A stretch of 64,000 nucleotides of DNA. Source: an uncultured Burkholderiales bacterium. Lineage in GTDB: Bacteria > Pseudomonadota > Gammaproteobacteria > Burkholderiales > Eutrophovitaceae. The stretch lies in NCBI GenBank assembly GCA_951812315.1, contig CATOSA010000006.1, positions 91 to 64,090 of the forward strand, in the 5' to 3' direction. A model generated the notes under the pieces. It ran no database searches. It was not told where the DNA came from and saw nothing but the letters and a program-made list of their open reading frames with translations. Each line of letters begins with the position of its first letter. Position 1 is the first letter of the stretch. The position numbers and the translations under genes were made by a program. Below, piece after piece: positions 9,619 through 18,533 of the stretch.

Positions 9619-9876
9619 TTGGCGTAACCCGTTTTCACCACTGGCGTCTGTTAGCTGGAACGGCCTTTGCACGGCACTAGTCGCGGGACGAATCGCGCGT
9701 GACGAGTTTCCTGCACACTCTTTTTGCTGAACATACTTGGCGACTGCTACTGTTACATTGGCTCGCGCCCGCGGCTGATCGGCCGGCAGTTGCAAGAAAC
9801 ATTTGCGTTGACTGAGGATGCGTATCGAAGTCACGAATATTCCCGGTCTGACCGGAGTGCGTGAACACCAAACAAA

Positions 9877-10947
9877 ATGACCGGGCCGGACCATTTCTCG
9901 AAGAATTATGCAGCTGCACGAACTCGCTTCATTGCGGCCGCCTGTGCCGCGGGTGCGACCATGGATGAACTGCACCTTGATGCGATGGGTCTGGACGGCA
10001 TGCCGTTGGCAACTGAAATTGCCTGGTTCGGGTCAGAGGCGCCTGAGCGTGCAATTGTTCATTCTTCTGGAATACACGGTGTCGAAGGGTTCGCAGGCTC
10101 TGCAATCCAACTGGCACTGTTGTCATCCGAACTTGCTCTACCTGACGACTGTGCGTTGATCGTCGTCCATTGCCTGAATCCGTACGGAATGGCGTGGCGG
10201 CGCAGATACAACGAGAACAATGTCGATCTGAATCGAAATTTTGTCGTCGATGAAGCGAAACGAAGCGGAGCCGCCGACGCTTATCATCGACTCGCCGGCT
10301 TGCTGAATCCTACGCGCCTTCCGGGCGTGGACATGTTTTATCCACGCGCGCTTTTTTCAATCCTCAATCACGGCATGCCGGCGCTCAGGCAGGCTGTTGC
10401 AGAGGGGCAGTACGAATATCCCAAAGGCCTGTTCTTTGGTGGAAAGCAGTTTGAGCAAAGCACAATGCTTTTCCTTGGCTGGCTCAGTCTTCGCCTGAAG
10501 TCGGTGCGCAAACTTTTCGCGATTGACGTTCACACCGGGCTCGGCAAATGGGGTAGTGAAACATAGTTCTTGCGTAGCGGAGATGAAAATCAGCAGGATG
10601 CAATCAGTCTCAGCGCCAGGCTCGGGCACACACTTGTGTCGGACCCTGCCTCAAGTGGCGCCTACGATATTCGCGGAATGCTGTCCGAAGTATTCGCAAT
10701 GCTGGAGTCAAAACCGGAGTGGAATTTCGTTTTGCAAGAGTTTGGTACCTACCCTTCGGTTCGCGTGCTGAATGCACTTCGTAAGGAAAACCAGTGGCAT
10801 CACTACGGTGATGGCGATGTGAATCATTGGACCAGGCGGCAACTGTTGGAAATGTTCGCGCCTTCCAGCCCGGAGTGGCGCGAGGCAGTCGTGAGCAAAG
10901 GCGTTTCATTCTGCCAGAGTGCAATTGACAGGTACTTCGCCGAATAA
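9877..10947 (+). pseudogene. DUF2817 / M14-like metallopeptidase family gene with an in-frame TAG
   Basis: ORFs 9877-10566 and 10570-10947 share one frame and are split only by TAG at 10564-10566 (...GKWGSET*FLRSGDEN...). The motif SSGIHGVEGFAGSAIQ is typical of DUF2817. The combined length of about 356 aa fits the family. Confidence 0.6.
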
Positions 10948-11071
10948 TGTTTCCCGTATGTACCCTGACTCGAGCGCATTACTGCCTGATTTATTCGTCT
11001 TTAATACGATTGATAAACAATTGCATGCAAGATTGTGTGCTTGTCTTGCTGCGTGAACGGGAGTAGTTCTT

Positions 11072-12112
11072 ATGCCAAAGCGAATTGTTATTTGTGCAGA
11101 CGGCACATGGAATCGTCCGGAGAAAGATCTCAGCACGGATTTTCCGACCAACGTGTTGCGACTGGCTCGTGCAGTCAAGCCGGTAGGATCGGGCGATATT
11201 GCCCAACAGGTTTTCTATGACTGGGGTGTGGGTTCCTACCACGATTCTGTGATCGGCGGCGCGACGGGACGCGGTCTTCACAAGAACATTGTCGACAACT
11301 ACCGGTATATCGTTCAGAACTATGCACCGGGTGACGAGATATTCCTGTTCGGATTTAGCCGTGGCGCCTACACCGTGCGAAGTTTGAGCGGGCTCATCAA
11401 CAATTGCGGTATTTTGAAGAGACCGGATGCTCGATTGATTCAGGCTGCGTTCGAGCACTACAAGAGACCCGGGCTTGCCTGGTCGCCACGCGGAAAGAAA
11501 TCGATCCAGTTTCGAAAGGCGCACGCTCACCCGTCTCGAGAAGTCAGGTTTACCGGCGTTTGGGATACGGTCGGCGCAATGGGTATTCCGTTCTCGTTTC
11601 TGGGGCTGCTCGACGACAAGGACGAGTTCTACGACACCGAGATCGGGTCAAACGTACGTATCGCGCGGCACGCGCTTGCGATCGACGAATTCCGTGCTGA
11701 TTTCCAACCAACAGTGTGGGTGCCGCGCGAACACCTCGACCTCAAACAGGTCTGGTTTCCGGGCGCTCACAGCGATATTGGCGGTAGCTATCCGCCGGAT
11801 TCAGGTGGATGGTCCCTGTCCGACATTGCCCTTGACTGGATGCTGCGGCAAGCGTCTGCCGCCGGCCTTACCTTCGAGACGCATCTGAAACAAAGCTTGC
11901 GGCCCAAAGCCACTGCGACTTTGCATGTGTCGCGCCGTAGTTATTACCGAATCAAGGCGAAATCTTTCCGGCCTATTGAACATGGCAAAGGGCTGACGCT
12001 TGTTCACCGCTCGGTCAAGGAACGCTGGGACCGCGACAAGGCGTATAGGCCGCGTAATCTGGTGAAATATGTCAATGAGAATGGCTGGTCCGCAATTAAA
12101 CTGGTCGGGTGA
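11072..12112 (+). CDS. DUF2235 alpha/beta-hydrolase domain protein (Tle1-like fold)
   Basis: 346 aa with N-terminal KRIVICADGTWNRPE and the nucleophile-elbow region GFSRGAYTVRSL, both characteristic of DUF2235. Confidence 0.7.
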   Translation: MPKRIVICADGTWNRPEKDLSTDFPTNVLRLARAVKPVGSGDIAQQVFYDWGVGSYHDSVIGGATGRGLHKNIVDNYRYIVQNYAPGDEIFLFGFSRGAYTVRSLSGLINNCGILKRPDARLIQAAFEHYKRPGLAWSPRGKKSIQFRKAHAHPSREVRFTGVWDTVGAMGIPFSFLGLLDDKDEFYDTEIGSNVRIARHALAIDEFRADFQPTVWVPREHLDLKQVWFPGAHSDIGGSYPPDSGGWSLSDIALDWMLRQASAAGLTFETHLKQSLRPKATATLHVSRRSYYRIKAKSFRPIEHGKGLTLVHRSVKERWDRDKAYRPRNLVKYVNENGWSAIKLVG

Positions 12113-12184
12113 TTCTTGCCGCTGATTGCCGACTGTTGTGCGCCGCGATGATTGCGGCCTTGCTGCCAGTGACGCGGTAGGTTT

Positions 12185-12826
12185 TCAGCGTGGCAAGCCG
12201 CTCTTCTCAAGCCGCCAGCGCAGGCTGTCGATGCGGTCCTGTCCAAAAAAAGGTTCGCCATTGAATTCGAAAGTTGGCACGCCCCAATGGCCGGCCGCTA
12301 CCAGATCAACCTGATTCGTTTCGACTTCCTCTCGGTGTGACGTTGGATCCTTGATCGCTGCATCCATGGCGTCCAGGTCGAGTTGCGCTCTCGAAGCCGC
12401 GTTCTTCAGGTGATCACCCAGATGCCAGTCGCGTGTTCCGCCGAATATTAGTCTGGCAACTTCGGCAGCGAAGCCAATTCCGCGGTCTCTTCGCTGGGCC
12501 TCGACGCCGAGGTAAGTCAATCGGTATATGTAAGGCTGCTCGGCAGCGATCGCGTATGTTTTCATGTCCTGAACAATCGGATCGGGTGATGGCCAGACAT
12601 GTGGCAGGCCTAGCATCTCGGCCCTGCGCGGCCAGTCCAGCCTGATGTATTTTGCTCGCTTCACGTTATCGGGGCTGAAGAAATCCGGCTGCCGCAATGC
12701 CAGTGGAAGGACCGGGCGCAGCACGATACGGATTGCAAAGTCCCGCTCGAGTGCAAGCGCACCCGGCGTTGCAAGATACGAGTAAGGACTCCTGAAAGAA
12801 TAGAAAAGATTTACGGTATCGGTCAC
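12185..12826 (-). CDS. 2-hydroxychromene-2-carboxylate isomerase / DsbA-like thioredoxin-fold protein
   Basis: 213 aa with the N-terminal FYSFRSPYSYLA motif of the HCCA isomerase family. Confidence 0.65.
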   Translation of the reverse strand: MTDTVNLFYSFRSPYSYLATPGALALERDFAIRIVLRPVLPLALRQPDFFSPDNVKRAKYIRLDWPRRAEMLGLPHVWPSPDPIVQDMKTYAIAAEQPYIYRLTYLGVEAQRRDRGIGFAAEVARLIFGGTRDWHLGDHLKNAASRAQLDLDAMDAAIKDPTSHREEVETNQVDLVAAGHWGVPTFEFNGEPFFGQDRIDSLRWRLEKSGLPR

Positions 12827-12851
12827 AGTATTTCCCCCGCTTGGTTAACGG

Positions 12852-12917
12852 CCTTGTTTGCCAAATCTTTCACGTCTGTTCCAGGTCGTTTTGTACCAAG
12901 CCGTTTTTGTTCCAAAC
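12852..12917. repeat. Four degenerate copies of a TTGTTCCAAA-like motif in a divergent promoter region
   Basis: The copies ttgtttgccaaa, tctgttccagg, tttgtaccaag and tttgttccaaa are spaced 14-20 bp apart, between the isomerase start (12826) and the cupin start (13044). Confidence 0.35.
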
Positions 12918-13043
12918 CGTGTGGCACGCTGGCAGGTTCAAAGCGCATGCAGTACTGTATGCCAAACAATACTGGAACGTACTGACGGCGTTCAATGAAT
13001 CGTTATAGGTACGCACGTGATGGATAGCAGGAGGAAAATTACA

Positions 13044-13409
13044 ATGCCGGAACAACATTTTTTCAATTTGCACGACATGAGCCAGGGAATTTCCCGCAAC
13101 CTGGCTGACGGACTGGACACCCGGATTTTCCCCGGCGAGAACGTGATGCTTTCGGTCGTGCATATCGGGCCGAACAAGTCGGGCGTGATACATAGCCATC
13201 CACAGGAACAATGGGGAGTCATGCTTCAGGGCAGCGGCGTGCGCGTTCAGGATGGCGTCGAGCATCAAGTGGAGGCCGGTGATTTCTGGCAGACGCCTGG
13301 ACAAATTGAACACGGATTTCACGCCGGGCCGGACGGCGCAATCGTTCTCGACGTCTTCAGTCCGCCGCGCGACGAATATCGCCGCAGTGGCCGTGGTTTT
13401 GAAGCTTGA
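13044..13409 (+). CDS. Cupin domain protein
   Basis: About 121 aa with a cupin-type His cluster (GVIHSHPQEQWG ... IEHGFH). ATG 13044 is preceded by AGGAGG; the ORF-track start is 13017. Confidence 0.6.
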   Translation: MPEQHFFNLHDMSQGISRNLADGLDTRIFPGENVMLSVVHIGPNKSGVIHSHPQEQWGVMLQGSGVRVQDGVEHQVEAGDFWQTPGQIEHGFHAGPDGAIVLDVFSPPRDEYRRSGRGFEA

Positions 13410-13445
13410 CCTGCGGGTTAAGCCGCGCCGAATGCCAACTCGCCA

Positions 13446-14306
13446 ATGACCAGGCCCTGTCTCGCACCTGACCCCGAACCGCGCTCCCCCCGCTTTGACG
13501 TGCCGGCCGGCGCGTGCGATTGCCACGCTCATGTTTTGGGACCGCCCGAAGTTTACCCGTACGTCGCGGATCGCTCCTACACGCCACCGCCGGCATCGCT
13601 CGAAGCCTATAAATCATTGCACCGAGTGCTTGGCATCGACCGCTCGGTCATTGTTCAGCCGTCTGTCCACGGTACCGACAATCAGGTCACTCTGGATGCG
13701 ATCGTCGGCTATGGGCCTAACGCGCGCGGTGTTGCGGTAGCCGACGCTTCAGTTGATGAACCTACTCTGGTTCGACTCAATGACGGCGGTTTTCGTGGCG
13801 TGCGCCTGAACGTGTTGTTCGGCGGCGGTGTTGGCATCGACGCACTGGAACCTCTGGCAGAACGGATTGCAGACATGGGTTGGCACATTCAGCTATTACT
13901 CGATGCCCGTAATCTGGTCGAACTGGCACCCCGCCTGCGCCGCTTGCCTGTTCCAGCAGTTGTGGACCACATGGGGCATATGAAGATTTCCAACGGAATC
14001 GATCATCCGGGCTTTCAAACCCTGGTTGATCTGGTTCGTGATGGCATATGTTGGGTCAAGCTGTCCGGCAACTACCGGATTTCTGCTGAAGGTCCGCCCT
14101 ACTCTGACGCGATTGCGTTTGCACACGCGCTGATCGAGGCTGGTCCCGAGCGCATGATCTGGGGTACGGACTGGCCGCACCCCGCCCTGAACGAGTTCAT
14201 GCCAAATGATGGTGACTTGCTTGATGCGCTTGACGATTATGCACCCGACCCCGAACTCAAGCACGCGATACTGGTCGATAATCCGGCGCGGCTTTATGGT
14301 TTCTAG
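13446..14306 (+). CDS. Amidohydrolase-2 family hydrolase (LigI/2-pyrone-4,6-dicarboxylate-lactonase-like)
   Basis: 286 aa with the metal-binding CDCHAHV near the N-terminus and GTDWPHP near the C-terminus. Confidence 0.65.
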   Translation: MTRPCLAPDPEPRSPRFDVPAGACDCHAHVLGPPEVYPYVADRSYTPPPASLEAYKSLHRVLGIDRSVIVQPSVHGTDNQVTLDAIVGYGPNARGVAVADASVDEPTLVRLNDGGFRGVRLNVLFGGGVGIDALEPLAERIADMGWHIQLLLDARNLVELAPRLRRLPVPAVVDHMGHMKISNGIDHPGFQTLVDLVRDGICWVKLSGNYRISAEGPPYSDAIAFAHALIEAGPERMIWGTDWPHPALNEFMPNDGDLLDALDDYAPDPELKHAILVDNPARLYGF

Positions 14307-14401
14307 CTCGCATATTTCACGAGGGATTCGCATCGATCATTACTGCGCACGACCGCAGTTCCAGTCAGTCAAACCCAGGCGTGTGTACGGTGCTCCGTTA
14401 C

Positions 14402-14860
14402 TTATTGGTCTTGCGTTCCAAAAGTACGGCCATCTGCGGATAGCAGCACCGCAATCCAGTTTAGCGCGGGTACGTACGAGCAAATGATCGCAAACGTGAC
14501 CATCAGTGGCACGCTCAGAAACATTCCCGGCAGGCCCCAGACAACGCCCCAGAATGTCAGGGAAAGAATAATCACAAAAGAGCTCAGGTTGAGCGAACGC
14601 CCAATGAACGCCGGTTCAATCAGGTTTCCTATGACGAACTGCATACTGCCGAGACCAATCAGTACATAAAGAAACGGCGTAATTGTTTCGAATTGCACCA
14701 AGGTGAGCAAGGCCGGAAACACCACGCCGAGTACTGAACCGATGTTCGGAATGTAGTTCAGAAAGAAAATTATCAACGCCCACGTCGCTGCGAAATCGAC
14801 GCCCACCAACTTCAATATGACGTAGGCAACAAGAGGTGGACCCCAACGGCTGGACACCAA
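14402..14860 (-). pseudogene. AI-2E (PerM/YhhT) family transporter, C-terminal fragment truncated by an IS
   Basis: Only about 150 C-terminal residues of a family that is about 350 aa long are present (FLNYIPNIGSVLG...). The reading frame runs directly into the IS left end. Confidence 0.6.
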
Positions 14861-14921
14861 AATGTAGCTGATAAGTGAAATCTTATGGATTATTCTTTTA
14901 CGACACAGAGAGGATCCGAAG

Positions 14922-15213
14922 ATGACACGTAGTAAAGAGAAGAAATCACACGGCGAGCTTCAAGGCCAAAGTAGCACTGGGCGCAGTGCGTGGCGAGCAC
15001 ACACTGGCCGAGCTGGCTGAACAGTTCGACGTTCACCCGAATCAGATCCAGGACTGGAAGAAACGTCTGGTCGATAGTGCCGAGGACGTGTTCGGTGGCA
15101 ACGCAGTTGAGGCGCAACACACCGAACGCGAAATCGAGAAGCTGCACGCCAAGGTCGGGCAACTGACGATGGAGAAAGATTTTCTGTCAAAGTTTCTCGG
15201 GCGCGACCGGTGA
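14922..15213 (+). pseudogene. IS3-family transposase orfA with a 1-nt insertion
   Basis: ATG 14922 gives MTRSKEKKSH and then changes frame. Removing one A from the run at 14934-14936 restores [42 protein letters not shown]... Confidence 0.7.
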
Positions 15214-16055
15214 GCGAGCGCCGAGCACAGATTCAAAGCGCTCACGAACTGTCCAGGGCACGCCGCTGCGAGTTACTCGGAGTGGCACGCTGCACAGCGT
15301 ACTATCGCGGCGCACAGGTGTCAGCCGAAGACCTTGAGCTGATGCGCCTGATCGACGAGATCCACCTTGAGCTGCCGTTCTACGGAAGCCGTCGTATTCG
15401 CAACGAACTCGATACACGCGGGCTGCAGGTCAATCGTAAGCGCGTACAGCGGCTGATGCGTCAGATGCAGATCAGGGCGCTGTAGCCGAAGCGGCGCACC
15501 AGCACGCCAGACAAGGGACACAAGATCTATCCTTACTTGCTCAGGGACATGACAATCACGCGGGCCAACCAGGTGTGGGCGAGCGATATGTGTTATCTAC
15601 CGATGGCCAAGGGGTTCATGTAGCTCGTGGCGATTATGCACTGGCATACGCGCAAGGTGCTTTCGTGGCGGGCGTCGAACACGATGGACAGCGACTTTTG
15701 CGTCGAGGCGCTCGAAGAGGCATTGCGTGGCTACGGTACACCCGAGATATTCAACACCGATCAGGGCACGCAGTTCACGGCCGATGCGTTCACCCGCGTT
15801 CTCAAGGACCACGAAGTGACGATCAGCATGGACGGCAAGGCTCGCTGGATCGACAACGTGTTCGTCGAACAGTTGTGGCGCAGTGTGAAGTACGAAGACG
15901 TGTATCTGCGCGCGTATGAAACGCCGGCGGCATTACGCGCCGGACTGGACAAATACTTTCGTTTTTACAATACCCGGCGTCGTCACACTGGGCTTGACCG
16001 GCGTACCCCCGATGCGGTGTACTTCGAACAAACGGCGTTGAAGAGCGCGGCCTGA
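15210..16055 (+). pseudogene. IS3-family transposase orfB (DDE) with two in-frame TAG codons
   Basis: A single frame is interrupted at 15483-15485 (IRAL*PKRR) and 15621-15623 (KGFM*LVAIM). The DDE region ...FNTDQGTQFT...DNVFVEQLWRSVKYE... is present. Confidence 0.75.
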
Positions 16056-16088
16056 ACCCCATGGAGATTTCACTTAAGCGGGGGTCCA

Positions 16089-16459
16089 AGTTTCGGGGTC
16101 CACTTCTTTACTACGAGTGCCCGGCCGGTGAGCACTTGCCAAAGAAGACCCAGTCGAACAAGCAGCGCCACTGGCTGTACACCAGTGAGGCGTGCACGAA
16201 CTGTCACATCAAGGCGCGGTGTACGGCCGCTAAGCAGCGCTGGGTGACGCGCCACTTCGAGGAAGACGTGCTTAACGAGGTCGCCGATCGCACCGCGGCC
16301 AATCCACTCATGATGCAACGGCGCAAAGGCGGGCGTTTCCTGGTAAGAGGCATACAGAAGGTCAAAGCCAAGATGGCATTGGCCGTGACCGCTTATAACC
16401 TGACCCGTGCTATTAACATCCTGGGAACGAAGCAACTCTGCAAGGCACTGGCTATCTAA
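16089..16459 (+). pseudogene. C-terminal remnant of a second transposase (IS1182/IS5-type)
   Basis: ...YECPAGEHL...CTNCHIKARC...RFLVRGIQKVKAKMALAVTAYNLTRAINIL resembles the Cys-rich C-terminal end of IS1182/IS5-type transposases. The N-terminal catalytic part is missing, and an internal deletion is likely. Confidence 0.5.
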
Positions 16460-16468
16460 TCACAAATG

Positions 16469-16499
16469 AAAAAGAGGCCACCTCGAACGAGATGGCCTC
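16469..16499 (-). terminator. Rho-independent terminator downstream of the tauD-like gene (hairpin is bidirectional in form)
   Basis: The stem GAGGCCA/TGGCCTC is followed by TTTTT on the minus strand, with an A/T tract on both sides. Confidence 0.55.
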
Positions 16500-16536
16500 C
16501 GGGTTTTTACACAGCCTCTGTTGCGGGATTTTTTTC

Positions 16537-16597
16537 CTGGTACCGCATTATTCTGGTATCACTTTGTTTCGGTACCGCCTATTTCGGTACTTCTCCC
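16537..16597. repeat. Degenerate 15-16-bp tandem repeat x4 centred on GGTAYC, spanning the tauD-like stop codon
   Basis: GGTA occurs at 16539, 16555, 16571 and 16586. The last nine coding nucleotides GTACCGAAA (VPK) recur immediately after the TAG stop. Confidence 0.6.
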
Positions 16598-17505
16598 ATA
16601 ACCGTTGTTCGATACAATTCCCTGCGGAATCCGTCGTGGTCGTTGAACGCCTGATGGATGCAGATGCGGTTGTCCCAAACGGCAAACGTCTTCGGCGCCC
16701 ATCGCAAACGGCAGCTGAAGGCCGCCTGACACACGTGTTGTTTCAGGAAATCAAGCAGCCCATTCGCCTCGGCGTTTGTCATGCCTTCAATGCCATGCGA
16801 ATAAGTGTGGTCGACATATAGCGATTTTTCACCGGATTTGGGATGGGTGCGAACCATCGGGTGGTACCACCCTTTGACCATTGCGTTGGAGTTGACGTCC
16901 AGCGCTATATCACCGAATTTTTTCGGCTCGGAATATCCACCGCCGGATTGCCCGGTATTGTTCAGCTCGTTCAATTTGCCGACAACGAAGGCGCCTGTCA
17001 TATGAACTTTCAGCGGCGCGATGACTTTTTTCATCGTGTCGCTGAGGTTGTTGTAGGCCAGCGCTGAGTTGCACCAGATGGTATCGCCGCCGTAAGGCGG
17101 AATGTCGGCGCCGAACAGCATGCTGATGGCGGGCGGCGCCTCCATAAACGGTGAGTCGGTGTGCCAGCCGCTACCGAAAATCATCGCTGTGCGCGTATCC
17201 GCTTCCTTGACGACAGGTTGTACGTTACGGTGTCCTTCCGTGCCTGTTGTATAGGCGTCGACGCCGAAGTCACCGAAGCGCAATGTAAACGCTTCCTGGT
17301 CGTCGTGGCTCATGTCCTGATCACGAAAGAAGATCATCTTGTGACGATATAACGCGTCCTCGATTTCCAGGAATTGTTCTTCGCTCAAGTCGCTGATCTG
17401 TGCGTCGCGAATTTCCGCACCCATCGCAGCAGCAAGCGGCACTGCAGTGATGTGCTTGTAGTCCCTGGCGCTATTGTCAAAATTACCGGTCGGATGAAGT
17501 ATCAT
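16579..17505 (-). CDS. TauD/TfdA-family Fe(II)/2-oxoglutarate dioxygenase
   Basis: 308 aa with the WHTDSPF (HxD) iron-binding motif and TauD-like length. Confidence 0.75.
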   Translation of the reverse strand: MILHPTGNFDNSARDYKHITAVPLAAAMGAEIRDAQISDLSEEQFLEIEDALYRHKMIFFRDQDMSHDDQEAFTLRFGDFGVDAYTTGTEGHRNVQPVVKEADTRTAMIFGSGWHTDSPFMEAPPAISMLFGADIPPYGGDTIWCNSALAYNNLSDTMKKVIAPLKVHMTGAFVVGKLNELNNTGQSGGGYSEPKKFGDIALDVNSNAMVKGWYHPMVRTHPKSGEKSLYVDHTYSHGIEGMTNAEANGLLDFLKQHVCQAAFSCRLRWAPKTFAVWDNRICIHQAFNDHDGFRRELYRTTVMGEVPK

Positions 17506-17642
17506 GATTTTCGCTCGTGTGTTGGTGCTATGTCGGGCTTGCGCCCGGTATTCTATTTCGGGTCGATGCAGTTCTGCCAGTGTTTGCTCTGGTTCCGACG
17601 CCGAAGCGGTGTAATGCCAGACTCATGCACACTGCACAGCGC

Positions 17643-18440
17643 CTACTTATCGATCACGACTTCAAGATAGTCGGCACTGACCATTAATGTTCCGTCACCC
17701 GACACGTTAAAGCGCGTCAGCGTATCGTCCAAGTTGCGCAGAAACTCTTTGCTGCGCTTTTCGTCCAGTTTTGCCAGTACGTTCATGACCGGGCCAAAGC
17801 AGGTCGTGAACACATCTATCCAGTGTGCATTGTCACGATAGCGGAACAATGCACTTCGCTTGCTGATCTTCGTCAAAGATTTTGTTTCGCCGAACAGCGC
17901 CTTCAAGCGCGTTTCCGTTCCCCATTCGAGGGGTGAACGTAAGGATTCAGGCGGCGCAACGTACCGGGCGATCAGGGCAAACGCATGCCCCCAGAATCCG
18001 TCCAGTGTCCAGTTTGCCATGCCGATCTTGCCGCCGCTCCGGCACACACGTATCAGCTCTTGTGCGGCTTTTTCCTGATCAGGGGCAAATATTGACCCGA
18101 AGACCGATAGCACCCGGTCGAACGATTCGTCCGCAAACGGCAGTTGTTCGCAATCACCAACTTCGAATCTGACCGGCAACCCTTCCGCTGCGGCGCGCGC
18201 GCTTGCTCGTTCTATCAGGCCGGGCACGTAATCGATACCGGTTGCATCGCAGTTGCGGCGCGCTGCCGACAAAGCGGCGTTACCGGCACCGGTTGCAACG
18301 TCCAGCAACTCGTGGCCGCCACGTAACTCGACCGCCTCACACAGCAGTTCGCCAGGATAGACCAGGTTCCAGCCGATTACCGCGAAATCCCCGGCCGCCC
18401 AGACCTGCTGCTGTTGTTTTATTGCGTCAAAGCCGGCCAT
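17643..18440 (-). CDS. Class I SAM-dependent methyltransferase
   Basis: 265 aa with SAM motif I LLDVATGAGNAAL. Confidence 0.7.
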   Translation of the reverse strand: MAGFDAIKQQQQVWAAGDFAVIGWNLVYPGELLCEAVELRGGHELLDVATGAGNAALSAARRNCDATGIDYVPGLIERASARAAAEGLPVRFEVGDCEQLPFADESFDRVLSVFGSIFAPDQEKAAQELIRVCRSGGKIGMANWTLDGFWGHAFALIARYVAPPESLRSPLEWGTETRLKALFGETKSLTKISKRSALFRYRDNAHWIDVFTTCFGPVMNVLAKLDEKRSKEFLRNLDDTLTRFNVSGDGTLMVSADYLEVVIDK

Positions 18441-18533
18441 CGGTTTGTCTTGCTACGACGCGCTGAAACGAAGCGGCTGCCAACCCTGTGGCGTATCAAT
18501 GTGATCATTGATTGCGCGGCTCGACGACGGGCA

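Larger units (their letters stand above)
14861..16088 (+). mobile_element. IS3-family (IS407-group-like) insertion sequence, degenerate
   Basis: orfA/orfB are arranged with a -1 frame relationship. The inner inverted repeat TAAGTGAAATCT is present at both ends (14872-14883 and the reverse complement of 16065-16076). The right end ...GCGGGGGTCCA is 16088. The outer 12 nt of the left IR do not match, so the left boundary is +/-10 bp. Both ORFs are broken. Confidence 0.75.

Noticed and set aside
11072-12112. DUF2235 protein as a type VI secretion Tle1-type phospholipase effector.
   Set aside because: No VgrG/PAAR, immunity lipoprotein or any T6SS gene is adjacent. DUF2235 proteins are widespread outside T6SS contexts.
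12940-12975. LexA-box-like TACTGTAT...ATACTGG and sigma-54-like TGGCACGCTGGCAGG near the cupin promoter.
   Set aside because: Neither matches the required spacing or second half-site (no ACAG 8 nt after CTGT; no TTGC at the -12 position).
15483-15623. TAG reassignment (for example to Tyr), suggested by two in-frame TAGs at expected Tyr positions in IS orfB and one in DUF2817.
   Set aside because: TAG terminates several intact genes in this window at family-typical lengths (msbA 4219, amidohydrolase 14304, tauD-like 16579, porin 62221). Tyr codons are also simply one step from TAG.
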